Positions 1 to 9,995 of a DNA stretch of 64,000 bases are shown piece after piece. The DNA is taken from positions 529,106 through 593,105 of the forward strand of contig JAVZYK010000001.1 in assembly GCA_038886195.1 (NCBI GenBank), in the 5' to 3' direction. How positions within the stretch are numbered: the first letter of the stretch is position 1; each line of letters begins with the position of its first letter. The position numbers and the translations under genes are program-made. The notes below the pieces were generated by a model. It ran no database searches. It was not told the origin of the DNA and worked only from the letters and a program-made list of their open reading frames with translations. This stretch comes from Candidatus Pacearchaeota archaeon. Lineage in GTDB: Archaea > Nanobdellota > Nanobdellia > Pacearchaeales > UBA284.

Positions 1-274
1 CAGCTTCAGCTTCTATTTTTCTTTTTTCCGTTTCAGAAATTTTCTTTTTTGGAAAAAATTGTTGTAATGCTCGTTCAAGATATGATGTTTTTAACTCAAT
101 GTCATTAAGTTTTTTATTCAATATTGCCAAAGCGATCCATAATTGCGCTTTTCCCTTATCAGAAGCGTGTTCAAGAGCATATCTGTGAGAAAAACTTTCG
201 AGAATTATTTTTTCAAGATAGTATTTTAATTCTTTATTAAGATAATTGCGCCAGTTATTTATGTTTTTGTTCAT
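1..274 (-). CDS. Hypothetical protein, runs off the left edge
   Basis: Manually read ORF from ATG at 274: MNKNINNWRNYLNKELKYYLEKIILESFSHRYALEHASDKGKAQLWIALAIL..., no stop before base 1; not in the ORF track. Confidence 0.7.
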   Translation of the reverse strand, partial: MNKNINNWRNYLNKELKYYLEKIILESFSHRYALEHASDKGKAQLWIALAILNKKLNDIELKTSYLERALQQFFPKKKISETEKRKIEAEA

Positions 275-391
275 CTTTATAGCAAATTTTTTAATATTTG
301 TAGATATATAAAATTTTCGTTTGATGTAATGATAGAGTGATAAAATTATAAAAACTAAAAAATTTAAAAATATATTTTGTTTTTTGTTTTA

Positions 392-1009
392 ATGAAGACA
401 AAAAAAGGAGATTTTATAGAACTGGACTTTAGTGCTTACGTTAATGGTTCTCTTTTTGATACTACTAGAAAAGAAGATGCTGAGAAAATGGGTTTAGATC
501 CCAAAAAAGTAGAGCCAGTAGTCGTTTGTATAGGGGAAGGCATGATTTTAAAAGGTCTTGATAATGAACTCGAAAACAAAGAGGTAGGAAAAGATTATGA
601 AATTGTATTGAAACCAGAAGCTGCTTTTGGTAAGAGAGATGCCAAATTAATAAAACCAGTTCCACTAAGCGCTTTTAAAGAAAGACCTTATGTTGGTATG
701 TTTGTTAATGTCGATGGTTTTGTAGCTAAAGTAGTTTCTATTGCAGGAGGAAGAGTGTTGATTGATTTAAATAATCCTCTTGCTGGAAAAGAAATTACCT
801 ACAAATTTAAAATAAATTCTATTATTGAAGAAAATGATAAAAAAATTAAAGCAATAGCAAAGATGTTTGATATAGGTATAGAAAAAATAGAAGAAAATAA
901 AATCTATATTAAAGATTTAAAAAAACTAAGAAAAGAAATTTTAGATTTGTTTAGAAAAAAGATTAAAGATCTTGCAGGGTTAGAAATCGAATTAATAAAT
1001 GTTGAATAA
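392..1009 (+). CDS. FKBP-type peptidyl-prolyl cis-trans isomerase (archaeal long/SlyD-like)
   Basis: GDFIELDF..FDTT, IGEGMILKGLD, PEAAFGKRD, DLNNPLAGK motifs; ATG at 392 preferred over TTG at 377. Confidence 0.9.
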   Translation: MKTKKGDFIELDFSAYVNGSLFDTTRKEDAEKMGLDPKKVEPVVVCIGEGMILKGLDNELENKEVGKDYEIVLKPEAAFGKRDAKLIKPVPLSAFKERPYVGMFVNVDGFVAKVVSIAGGRVLIDLNNPLAGKEITYKFKINSIIEENDKKIKAIAKMFDIGIEKIEENKIYIKDLKKLRKEILDLFRKKIKDLAGLEIELINVE

Positions 1010-1066
1010 AAAAATACTAAAATTTATATATGCTGTTTTTATAATTTATTTTAAATATTAAATAAA

Positions 1067-2152
1067 ATGGCTGAACTTTATCATTTAAGAGAGGAAGCAA
1101 CTAGCGAGATTGATAAAGAATTAGAAGAAATAATAGCTAAGCAGAAGGCAGCCATTAAAGTTTTTGGTTGTGGAGGCGGCGGCAACAATACATTGACAAG
1201 GATGCGCGAAATAGGAATTAAAGGCGCAGAACTCATTGCTGTAAATACAGATGCTCAAGATTTATTATATACTGCTGCAGATTATAAGATTCTTATTGGT
1301 AAAGAATTGACCCATGGCCTTGGCGCAGGAAGCAATCCCCAAATAGGTGAAGAAGCGGCTAGAGAGTCAGAACATGAGATTAAACAAAAGCTGCAAGGTG
1401 CGGATATGGTTTTCATTACTTGCGGTTTGGGAGGAGGCACAGGTACTGGAGCTGCCCCTGTTGTAGCAGAATTGGCAAAAAAAATGGGAGCATTGACTAT
1501 AGGTGTTGTTACTTTGCCATTCACAATAGAAGGACAAAGACGCTATGAAAACGCAATGTTGGGATTGGAGAAATTAGAAAATGTAGTTGATACTTTAATA
1601 GTTATTCCCAATGATAAGTTGTTAGAATTGGCTCCTGATTTGCCTTTACATACTGCTTTTAAAGTTGCTGATGAAATTCTTACAAACTCTGTTAAAGGAA
1701 TTACTGAACTGATTACAAAAGCAGGTTTAGTTAATCTTGATTTTGCAGATATTAAGGCAGTTATGAGTAATGGAGGAGTGGCAATGATAGGTGTTGGGGA
1801 AAGCGATTCACAAAATAGAGCTATAGAAGCGGTTGAAAAGGCTATTGAAAATCCTTTACTTGATGTTGATATTGAAAATGCGAGTGGAGCCCTAATTAAT
1901 ATTGTTGGAGGTTTAGATTTGACACTTGAAGAAGCAAAGAAAGTTATAGAAACTGTTGGTAACAGGATAAATCCTAATGCAAAGATGATTTGGGGAGCTC
2001 AATTAAGCGAAGATATGGATAAGACTTTAAGAGTTTTGCTGATTGTTACAGGAGTGAAATCACCACAAATATTAGGGCCTGGCGAAAGACGCGCTGATAA
2101 AGAACTTAGACAAATAGGTGAAGAGCTTGGAATAGATTTTGTTAATGAGTAA
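1067..2152 (+). CDS. ftsZ: Cell division GTPase FtsZ
   Basis: GCGGGGNN, tubulin signature GGGTGTG, NLDFAD T7 loop. Confidence 0.99.
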   Translation: MAELYHLREEATSEIDKELEEIIAKQKAAIKVFGCGGGGNNTLTRMREIGIKGAELIAVNTDAQDLLYTAADYKILIGKELTHGLGAGSNPQIGEEAARESEHEIKQKLQGADMVFITCGLGGGTGTGAAPVVAELAKKMGALTIGVVTLPFTIEGQRRYENAMLGLEKLENVVDTLIVIPNDKLLELAPDLPLHTAFKVADEILTNSVKGITELITKAGLVNLDFADIKAVMSNGGVAMIGVGESDSQNRAIEAVEKAIENPLLDVDIENASGALINIVGGLDLTLEEAKKVIETVGNRINPNAKMIWGAQLSEDMDKTLRVLLIVTGVKSPQILGPGERRADKELRQIGEELGIDFVNE

Positions 2153-2190
2153 TGATAAGATTTTTAAGCTTTTTATTTCTTTAGTTTGTT

Positions 2191-2388
2191 ATGGAAGAGG
2201 AAATTAAAAAAAATATTTTTCATAAAAGCAAAGATTTTTTTAATAAATGTGTTAGGGTTTTAAAAGTGGCTAGAAAACCTACAGTTGAAGAAGTAAAACA
2301 AGTTTCTAAAGTTTCAGCTTTAGGAATTTTGATTATAGGAATTATAGGCTTTATAATAGGTCTAATTTATGTTTTGCTTTTTAGTTAA
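2191..2388 (+). CDS. secE: Protein translocase SecE/Sec61-gamma
   Basis: RVLKVARKP..EE motif, single C-terminal TM, ftsZ-secE-spt5 synteny. Confidence 0.95.
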   Translation: MEEEIKKNIFHKSKDFFNKCVRVLKVARKPTVEEVKQVSKVSALGILIIGIIGFIIGLIYVLLFS

Positions 2389-2397
2389 ATCTCAAAA

Positions 2398-2715
2398 ATG
2401 AAAATAAAAATTTTGGCGATTTTATTTTTATTATTAGTTACAACTTTATTAGTTTCGAGTTGTGGAGTTGTTAGTTTAAAGGAGCTTAAAGAAAATCCCG
2501 AAAAATATATAGGTAAAGAGATATATGTGAGGGGAATAGTTAAAAATACGGTAAAGATAGGCAGTTTGTCAGGATTTAGTTTAACTGAAGGAAATTATAG
2601 CATCATTGTTAGGAGTGATGAACTTCCCGCAGAAGGCAAAAAAGTTACGGTTCAAGGAACAGTTATGAAAGAAATGTTGATAGGCCATTATATTTACGCT
2701 AAAAAAATTTATTAA
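2398..2715 (+). CDS. Putative lipoprotein with OB-fold-like domain
   Basis: Basic N-terminus, hydrophobic stretch, LLVSSC lipobox; NPEKYIGK.I.V.G.V and GKKVTVQGTV OB-fold-like pattern. Confidence 0.65.
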   Translation: MKIKILAILFLLLVTTLLVSSCGVVSLKELKENPEKYIGKEIYVRGIVKNTVKIGSLSGFSLTEGNYSIIVRSDELPAEGKKVTVQGTVMKEMLIGHYIYAKKIY

Positions 2716-2746
2716 TAGTAAAAAATTGTAAAGATTTGCAAATAAA

Positions 2747-3223
2747 ATGATATTTGTTGTTAAAGTAACTACAAATAAAGAAGATCATGCAGTGGAAATG
2801 ATTGCAGAAAGAGCTGAAAAGAAGAATTTAAATGTGTTTTCAGTTGCTAGACCTCACGGGTTGAGAGGATATATCTTGCTAGAAGCTGCAGATTTAGATT
2901 CTGCTGAACAAGCAATTCATAATTTGCCTTATGTGAAGAATTTAATTACGAAACCAATAAGTTATAAGGAGATAGAATCTATGATGCAACCAGTCGCTGC
3001 AGCAATTAACATTGAAAAGGGAGATATAGTTGAAATGTTAACAGAGCCTTTCAAAAGAGAAAAAGCCAAAGTAACAAGAGTTGACAAAACTAGAGAAGAA
3101 GTTGTTGTAGAGCTTCTCGAAGCAGCAGTGCCTATTCCAATAACTGTTAAGATAGATAATGTTAAAGTTATAAGAAGAGGAAAAACAGAAGGCGAAAGTG
3201 AAGAAGCTGAAGAAGAAAAATAA
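2747..3223 (+). CDS. spt5: Transcription elongation factor Spt5 (NusG)
   Basis: NGN domain (LRGYILLEA) and KOW domain (GDIVE...PFK.EKAKV), VPIPITV. Confidence 0.97.
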   Translation: MIFVVKVTTNKEDHAVEMIAERAEKKNLNVFSVARPHGLRGYILLEAADLDSAEQAIHNLPYVKNLITKPISYKEIESMMQPVAAAINIEKGDIVEMLTEPFKREKAKVTRVDKTREEVVVELLEAAVPIPITVKIDNVKVIRRGKTEGESEEAEEEK

Positions 3224-3964
3224 TCATTTCTCATACAATATATAGTAAGCTAAAGTAGCTAAAACTGCAAAGATAATTGACATAAAAACTATTGCGAAGG
3301 TATTGCTAATTCTTATCAATAAAAGTAAAGCTATTGAAAAGAAAAAAGAAAAGAACCATAAGATTCTTGAACTATTAAGCAATTTGAAACCAGAACCTAT
3401 AGGAATTAATGATAAGAAGGCAAGCCAGATGCATAAGAAACTAAAATTTGTAAATGTCGGGCTAATGATTTTCGTTATTATTCCTAAAGCAATTACTGCT
3501 AAAGGACCAGAAATTGCTATTTTCCCTATGTCACTTTCTGTTATGTTAGGCCAACTTCTTCTTACATGAGTTGGCTTTGGTTCTGCATCAAAGTTCAATA
3601 TAGCGAGCCATTTAATGTTTACAAAAGCAAGCAATATTGGAAGAACGAGCCATGCAGGGAATTCAAAAGGCAATATTGCTTTACCATGTTCTGATAATGG
3701 TTGAAACCAATATCTACGGAAGCTTATTAGTTTTGTTCTTGTAGTGCAATCTAAAAAATAAGCAGTAAGTTTTTGAGCCCCTATGAAAACAACAAATAAT
3801 GAAAGGCAAATAAAAAAACTATAAAGTATGTTTATAGGTTCAATACTAATTATAGGCCATTTAAATTGTATTGCTAAAATTATTCCTAAGAATAAAGAAG
3901 CTACTATTAATATAACAACTTCATTGAGCCATTCTTTTTCTTGAAGTTTATTAATAAATGACAT
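3224..3964 (-). CDS. Multi-pass membrane protein, degenerate site-2 protease (M50)-like
   Basis: GKIAISGP resembles the M50 IAxAGP motif; HExxH and NxxPxxxLDG are not conserved. Confidence 0.55.
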   Translation of the reverse strand: MSFINKLQEKEWLNEVVILIVASLFLGIILAIQFKWPIISIEPINILYSFFICLSLFVVFIGAQKLTAYFLDCTTRTKLISFRRYWFQPLSEHGKAILPFEFPAWLVLPILLAFVNIKWLAILNFDAEPKPTHVRRSWPNITESDIGKIAISGPLAVIALGIITKIISPTFTNFSFLCIWLAFLSLIPIGSGFKLLNSSRILWFFSFFFSIALLLLIRISNTFAIVFMSIIFAVLATLAYYILYEK

Positions 3965-4048
3965 ATTTTAATAAAGCTTTAGTATTTTATTTATTTTTCG
4001 TTTCTTTAATAATTATTTTGAAGATTAGAATTCAAAAATTCGATTTTT

Positions 4049-6340
4049 TTATATTTTTTTTCTCTTTATTTCATGTTCTAGCCAGGTTTGCCATTCTTTG
4101 AAAACGCGTTTGCCTTCTGGTAAACCTATTTCTTGCCTTACTTTGTCGCTAATTTCATGAAAAGCATTGTTGCTTTTAACTACAAAAGGAGCTTCTAGTA
4201 ATTCTGGCATTTTCAATTTGATGCTTGTTTCTACAAGCAATTGTTTGATTTTCGCTCTCAATAATATATTATCCCAAACAGCATCCCACGAACCAGCCCA
4301 ACCTTTGACTTGGCCTGCAATTTCTTTAAGAACTTCTGATTCTCCATTAATTAAATCATCTGTAGCAACAAGCTCATCTTTTGTAACATCATATTTTAAA
4401 AGATCTACAAAACCATGCTCTGTTGAAGGATCTATAGACCAATGTTTTCTTACTTCTGTAAGCTGTAACATACGACGCCATCTATGTAAGCCATCAGGAC
4501 TTTTTATAGGGTTTACTATAATTATGATGTCTGTTGCCTTAAAGCTTGTTGGGGGAACTTTTAAATCATTAACAACTCTGTCAAATACGCCATAAGGAGA
4601 AGCTCCATGAATTGTTCCTGCTACAACATTGGCCAATGCTCCAACTCTCATAGCTTCATAAAGGCTTAGAGCTTCTTCGCTTCTGACTTCACCAACTATC
4701 AAAGCAGAGTCTCCAAGTCTTAAACTTGTTCTTATTCCTTCTGCTGCGCTTAGCTCTGTAGATTCTTTTGTTAAAGCTTCTCTAACTTTCATTCTTAAGA
4801 TGTCATAATTCAACTCTCGCATCGAATCTACAGGCAATTCTAAAGTTCCTTCACAAACTATAATTCTGTAACGAGGCATAATTTCAAGCATGCAAGCCTG
4901 AAGCATTGAGGTTTTACCAGAACTTCTAGTTCCTGCTATTAACATTGTTCTTGAGCCATCTATTAAGAAAGATAGCAAGCCAGCTGCAAGAGGATTTAAC
5001 ATTCTGTTTTTAATATAAAGAGGTAAAGTCCATGGTTTTTCTCTATGCCTTCTAAATGCATAAGCCAAACCATAGGGCGACAAAGGTTGCTGAATTATTG
5101 CAACTCTCGCTCTTGCAGTTCCTATAACAAGTTCTGTATCAAGAACTGGATTGGCTTCATCAAGAGGCCTGCCAGACATCATTCTAAATTTGGCAGCCCA
5201 TGATTCGGCATCTTCATGTGATGGAATGATGTTTGTATCACATTCATCAAAATCTTGATGTCTAACAAATATTGGTACAGAACCTATGGGAGCATTTATA
5301 ACAATATCTTGAAGTTTTTCATCTTGCATTAACACTTCTATTAATCCAAAACCAATTGTATGTCTTACAAGTATAGTGGCCAATTTATTTAGTTGTCTAT
5401 AGCTAAGATTGATTTTTTTCGTTTCACTTAGTTCTTGTAATAAGTCGCGAGAAATATTAAAAAAAACCTGTCTTATGCGTGCAGGATCGGTAAATTCTTC
5501 TGCTTTTGGTTTATGTTCTAACAAAACATTTCTTGCTATATTTATTAGAGTTTGCAAATCTTCATTCAAGGTGAATTCAGGAGCCATAAGGTGATATAGA
5601 TATTTAGTGGAATTGGGAACTTTCAAGATAGTTACAGTGCTTTTATCATGTTCTGGTCCTATTTCATATTCATCAATAATTTCTGCTTCAGATGGCATTG
5701 AAGCCATTAGTCTTGTGAATGTAAAGTTCGGAACAATTTCGGGCCTGAAAAGTTCAGCATATAAGCTTCTATCTCCTAATTTATAGCCCAGTAGCTTGTC
5801 GGAAACCTGTTTTATTAAAGTGAGGTTGCTTAACATATTTACTATTTTTGTTAAAAGCCGAATATAATGATTTTCACAAGCAAGTTCTGTTGCTGAAGCT
5901 TTTTTTGCGGCAATTCTTTCTTCTCTTAACAATCTTTTAGCTTCTACATAACATCCTATAGGATCTTGTTTTAAAAGAGTTAAAATAAGATAACGCATGG
6001 TATCATAGCGTTGGGCTAAGTGCATTTTGCATTTATAAGGCTCAAGAGTAGTGGTAGAAAGAACTTTTTCTTGTTTGAGAAGATGGACGTAAAGTTGTGC
6101 TATTTCGTTTAGAAGGAAAACTTGTCTAGAATCATAGCTATAATTTCTTTGTTGTACAAAAACTATTCTTGTAACGCTTGGAGCTTCTATAAGATAGTCT
6201 ATTGTTCGAGCCATCACCACTGGCAAATCTGCTATACTTGGAACATAGGGAGCGCCCAAATAATTGACATACATCACATCTTGTCCGGCTTCTCGAACAA
6301 CTTCATAAGCATAAAGTTTTGTACTTTCTTTAAAAATCAT
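4049..6340 (-). CDS. Type IV pilus/type II secretion assembly ATPase (CpaF/TadA/ArlI family)
   Basis: Walker A GTRSSGKTS, SLRLGD..LIVGEVR Walker B region, GTIHG His box; long N-terminal extension. Confidence 0.95.
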   Translation of the reverse strand: MIFKESTKLYAYEVVREAGQDVMYVNYLGAPYVPSIADLPVVMARTIDYLIEAPSVTRIVFVQQRNYSYDSRQVFLLNEIAQLYVHLLKQEKVLSTTTLEPYKCKMHLAQRYDTMRYLILTLLKQDPIGCYVEAKRLLREERIAAKKASATELACENHYIRLLTKIVNMLSNLTLIKQVSDKLLGYKLGDRSLYAELFRPEIVPNFTFTRLMASMPSEAEIIDEYEIGPEHDKSTVTILKVPNSTKYLYHLMAPEFTLNEDLQTLINIARNVLLEHKPKAEEFTDPARIRQVFFNISRDLLQELSETKKINLSYRQLNKLATILVRHTIGFGLIEVLMQDEKLQDIVINAPIGSVPIFVRHQDFDECDTNIIPSHEDAESWAAKFRMMSGRPLDEANPVLDTELVIGTARARVAIIQQPLSPYGLAYAFRRHREKPWTLPLYIKNRMLNPLAAGLLSFLIDGSRTMLIAGTRSSGKTSMLQACMLEIMPRYRIIVCEGTLELPVDSMRELNYDILRMKVREALTKESTELSAAEGIRTSLRLGDSALIVGEVRSEEALSLYEAMRVGALANVVAGTIHGASPYGVFDRVVNDLKVPPTSFKATDIIIIVNPIKSPDGLHRWRRMLQLTEVRKHWSIDPSTEHGFVDLLKYDVTKDELVATDDLINGESEVLKEIAGQVKGWAGSWDAVWDNILLRAKIKQLLVETSIKLKMPELLEAPFVVKSNNAFHEISDKVRQEIGLPEGKRVFKEWQTWLEHEIKRKKI

Positions 6341-6481
6341 TTTTATTTTTCCTCTTTTTGGAATTATATTATTAATTATACTGCCTAAATGTTTTTAATT
6401 TTTATGTTTTTGGGATAAATATTTAAATCAAAATTTCTTTTTTATTGTAATTGAAGAAAGATAATAAAAGGGTGAGTAAAA

Positions 6482-6877
6482 ATGGATGAACAAAGCTTGG
6501 GAGCCGTTTCTGCACTACTTTCAGATTTTAGTACTAGAATGAATGATTTAGAAGAAAATATGAGACTACTTAAAGAAAGAATGTTTGTACTGAGTCAAAC
6601 TGTTTTGAAACAGAATGAAAGACTGAATAAAGAAATCGCCATAATAAAGGATGATATTCAAAATTTAAGAAATGAAATAGAAAGAATTAAAGACGCTGTA
6701 GATCATATAGTTAGAGAAAGTGCCGAACTTGCTAGAAAAGAAGAAGTGCGTGTTCTTGAGCGTTACATCAAAATGTTCGAACCAATGAAATTTGCTACAG
6801 AAGATGATGTCAAAAGAATCGTTAAGAAAATGTTAAGCGAAAAGGAAGAAAGCATTATAAAAGTTGAAGAAGAATAA
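6482..6877 (+). CDS. Coiled-coil hypothetical protein
   Basis: Heptad-like helical sequence; GGTGA RBS-like element upstream; divergent from the ATPase. Confidence 0.7.
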   Translation: MDEQSLGAVSALLSDFSTRMNDLEENMRLLKERMFVLSQTVLKQNERLNKEIAIIKDDIQNLRNEIERIKDAVDHIVRESAELARKEEVRVLERYIKMFEPMKFATEDDVKRIVKKMLSEKEESIIKVEEE

Positions 6878-6937
6878 AGAGATAAAAACTAAGTAAAGTA
6901 AAGAACTGCAAAGAAAAGTAAAAATTAAAATAATAAA

Positions 6938-7792
6938 ATGCCAAAAAAAGTTCCTGTAGATGTTGTTTTGAAATTAACTAAGCAAGGTTATAATGATGCA
7001 GAGATTATAAAATATCTTAGAAGCGAAGGTTATAGTGCTACACAAATTAATGACGCTATAAATCAAGCGAAAATTAAAATCGAACTAGCAAAAACTGCCG
7101 GTATAGAGCCGGAAGAAACAATTGGAGTGGAAGAAAGTTATCCTGAAGAGTATGTAGAAGAAGAAATGCCTGAAGAAGAAATGCAACCTTCTATAATGGA
7201 AGAAGAATACGTATCTGAAGAAGCTCCTAGTGCCTATCCAGAATATGCGCCAGAATATTCAGAAACAGAAGGCGAATACGTATCAACTCCCGGCGGAGAA
7301 GTTCCTTCTGGCACAGTTCCAGAAGGAACCGAAGCTTATCCAGCTTATTATTATCAGCCAGCAAGTGCTGCTTCAGCTTCTACAGAAGCAGTTGAAGAAC
7401 TTGTTGAAGAAATTATTAATGAAAAGTGGGAAGAGTTTAAAACAAAGGTAGGAGATATTTCTGAATTTAAAAATTATATAGAAGCAAGATTTAAGAATAT
7501 TGAAGATAGAATGAAAAGATTGGAATTGTCATTTGATAAAGTTCAGATGAATGTTACAACACAGACACAACAATCGATAAGAGATGTTAAAACTTTAGAA
7601 TCAGAATTCGAAGCTTTACAACAAGTTTTTAGTAAGATAATGCAGCCATTAATGAACTCTATAAAAGAACTCAAAGATTTAGTAGAAGAAATAAAAGAAG
7701 TGAAAGAAAAGAAACCTGAAAAGATTAAAGCTAAGAAAGAAAAAATAAAAAGCACTATAGAAAAATTAGAAAAAATTAATTCTAAAAAATAA
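6938..7792 (+). CDS. Hypothetical protein: small helical N-domain, acidic E/P/Y linker, C-terminal coiled coil
   Basis: Composition of the 284-aa ORF. Confidence 0.7.
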   Translation: MPKKVPVDVVLKLTKQGYNDAEIIKYLRSEGYSATQINDAINQAKIKIELAKTAGIEPEETIGVEESYPEEYVEEEMPEEEMQPSIMEEEYVSEEAPSAYPEYAPEYSETEGEYVSTPGGEVPSGTVPEGTEAYPAYYYQPASAASASTEAVEELVEEIINEKWEEFKTKVGDISEFKNYIEARFKNIEDRMKRLELSFDKVQMNVTTQTQQSIRDVKTLESEFEALQQVFSKIMQPLMNSIKELKDLVEEIKEVKEKKPEKIKAKKEKIKSTIEKLEKINSKK

Positions 7793-8962
7793 TTATTCTT
7801 CGCTCAACATTTTTTCTAAAAGTATTGTTCTATCCTTCGAAGTTACAGGTTCATTTAAAGCTTCTATTTTTTCTATAAACGAAGACATTCCATCACCTAC
7901 ACCAACTCTTCTTTTGTTGCACTCAAGAAGGCAGTCACACCATTTACAATGGAAACCATAAAAAGGAGTAAAATTGCCTTCTTTTATATCTCTATCCACT
8001 GTTCTTATTAGCTGATATAAATACTCATAATCTTTATCGCTCCTTTTTGTTTCAAAAGTATTTCCAGAACGAAGATGATAAAGTAGTAATCTACTTTCAT
8101 CAGGCAAGTTTAATGATTTTGATTTTTTCCACTCTCTATAAACTTTACTATATTGTGTAAATTGCGGATGATGATGTAACACAAATTCTATTTCAGGGCT
8201 AAAATCTGGAGAATCTTTTCCAGTTTTATAATCTACAATCTCTATATCACCTTCTGAATTTTTTTGAATTTTATCGAATTTTGCAACTAGTTTATAACCT
8301 TCAAATTTTTCAACAACTCTTTTTTCATGAAATAAAACATTGGCTTTTTTGTTTATATTTTCATCATAATATTTTGATAGAATTTTCATTGCTAATAGGC
8401 CGTAAAGTTTAGCTTCATTTTCAATTCTTAAACCAACTTCTGCGAAAGCGAGAGCTTGCTCAAGCGATATATTTATTCCATATTCTTTAAACTGTTTTGC
8501 TTGGAATTCTGCATTAAAATATTTTTTATCAAAAAAATTTGAATTAATGTTATAATAATTGTAATTATTCTGAGTTATTAATTTTATTCCTTTTTCAGCA
8601 AAAATTTTTGCTTGGCCATCTGTTATTTTAATTCCATATTTTTCGAACATAAATTTTTGTCTTATGGGATTGCTCCACGCTATTCTTATTTTTTGTTTAA
8701 ATTTTCCTTCCACACTGCCAAACCAATAAAACCAAGCCCAATTTAGAAAAGAACGTTTTGATTTGAAATTTTTTTTATGAAATTGGTCAAGAATATAATG
8801 AATTTGCTGTCCGAAAAATGCTGCAGGGGTTGCCGGAACTTTTATTCTTTCGATATATTTTATTTCATAAGCTAAAGGGCAACCTCTATAAGTAGTTAAT
8901 TTTGTTGCGCTTACTATACCAATTCCTTTAGTATAATCTCCCTTTATAATTATAGAAGGCAT
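7793..8962 (-). CDS. PD-(D/E)xK nuclease, RecB/AddB/Cas4-like, with probable Fe-S cysteines
   Basis: YRGCP N-terminal Cys, GQQIH, E..., KFD, IVDYKTG, QFTQY, C-terminal CKWC...C. Confidence 0.85.
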   Translation of the reverse strand: MPSIIIKGDYTKGIGIVSATKLTTYRGCPLAYEIKYIERIKVPATPAAFFGQQIHYILDQFHKKNFKSKRSFLNWAWFYWFGSVEGKFKQKIRIAWSNPIRQKFMFEKYGIKITDGQAKIFAEKGIKLITQNNYNYYNINSNFFDKKYFNAEFQAKQFKEYGINISLEQALAFAEVGLRIENEAKLYGLLAMKILSKYYDENINKKANVLFHEKRVVEKFEGYKLVAKFDKIQKNSEGDIEIVDYKTGKDSPDFSPEIEFVLHHHPQFTQYSKVYREWKKSKSLNLPDESRLLLYHLRSGNTFETKRSDKDYEYLYQLIRTVDRDIKEGNFTPFYGFHCKWCDCLLECNKRRVGVGDGMSSFIEKIEALNEPVTSKDRTILLEKMLSEE

Positions 8963-8964
8963 TT

Positions 8965-9936
8965 TTATTCTTCTCCATCTTCTATACCTCTAGGTGTAAT
9001 AAAGAAAATAGTTTCGGCTTCAGGCAAATTTGGCGAATCTATCATTTTGGCAATTCTAGAATCTTTTTTACCTTTTCTTAAATATATTCTATATGTTGAT
9101 CCATGAGCTACTATGTGACCTCCTATTGGCGTAGTTGGATCTCCGAACATAATTGCAGGATTTGCCATGACTTGATTTGTTATATAAACAGCAATATTGT
9201 ATGCTTGAGCGATTCTCATCAAATCGTGCATATGTTTATTTATTTTTTGTTGTCTGTCGGCCAGCATACCACGTCCAACAAATTCAGCTCGAAAATGAGC
9301 CATTAGCGAATCAACGATAATTAACTTTATTGGTTCTCCATTTTTTATTAAATCTTTAATTTTTTCGACAAGCAGTATTTGATGGTCAGCATTAAATGCT
9401 CTTGCTACAAAAATGTTTTTTAAAGCAGTTTCAGGATCAAGACCTTTAAATTGAGCGATTTGTTTTATTCTTTCAGGCCTAAAAGTTGATTCCGTATCTA
9501 TCCATGCTGCTTTGCCATCCGCTCCTCCTTGCTCTTTTGGTAATTGTACATTTACTGCAAGGCAATGAGCTAATTGCGTTTTGCCGCAACCAAATGCGCC
9601 AGCAGCTTCTGTTATTGCGCCAGCTTCAATACCACCTCCAAGCAATAAGTCAAGATTTTTACTTCCAGTTGTTATTTTAAAAATTTTTTCTCTTTTTTTT
9701 GAAAATTCATCAGCACTTTCAAATTCAAGATGCAACATCTTACGAGCTGCAGCTATCGCCTTTCTTGCAGCGGTTTCACTCAAATCTGTAACAGTACTTA
9801 AATCAGCAGGAGTCATTACAGCTATAGCCATTAAATCGCCATAACCAGCTTCTTCTAATTTAGCAGCAGTTGTAGGTCCTATTCCTGGCAAGTCAGTTAA
9901 TTTTAATTCAGCAGCATCTTTCTTTTCCTTAGCCAT
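8965..9936 (-). CDS. radA: DNA repair and recombination protein RadA
   Basis: N-terminal HhH (LPGIGP), Walker [27 protein letters not shown]. Confidence 0.98.
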   Translation of the reverse strand: MAKEKKDAAELKLTDLPGIGPTTAAKLEEAGYGDLMAIAVMTPADLSTVTDLSETAARKAIAAARKMLHLEFESADEFSKKREKIFKITTGSKNLDLLLGGGIEAGAITEAAGAFGCGKTQLAHCLAVNVQLPKEQGGADGKAAWIDTESTFRPERIKQIAQFKGLDPETALKNIFVARAFNADHQILLVEKIKDLIKNGEPIKLIIVDSLMAHFRAEFVGRGMLADRQQKINKHMHDLMRIAQAYNIAVYITNQVMANPAIMFGDPTTPIGGHIVAHGSTYRIYLRKGKKDSRIAKMIDSPNLPEAETIFFITPRGIEDGEE

Positions 9937-9995
9937 TATAAATTAAGAGAGTTTAGTTTTATAAAGATTATTCTGGCGTGAAATATATTTAGAAT

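Noticed and set aside
7793..8962. Cas4 as evidence of a CRISPR-Cas system
   Set aside because: No cas1, cas2 or array in the window; context is radA and RPA
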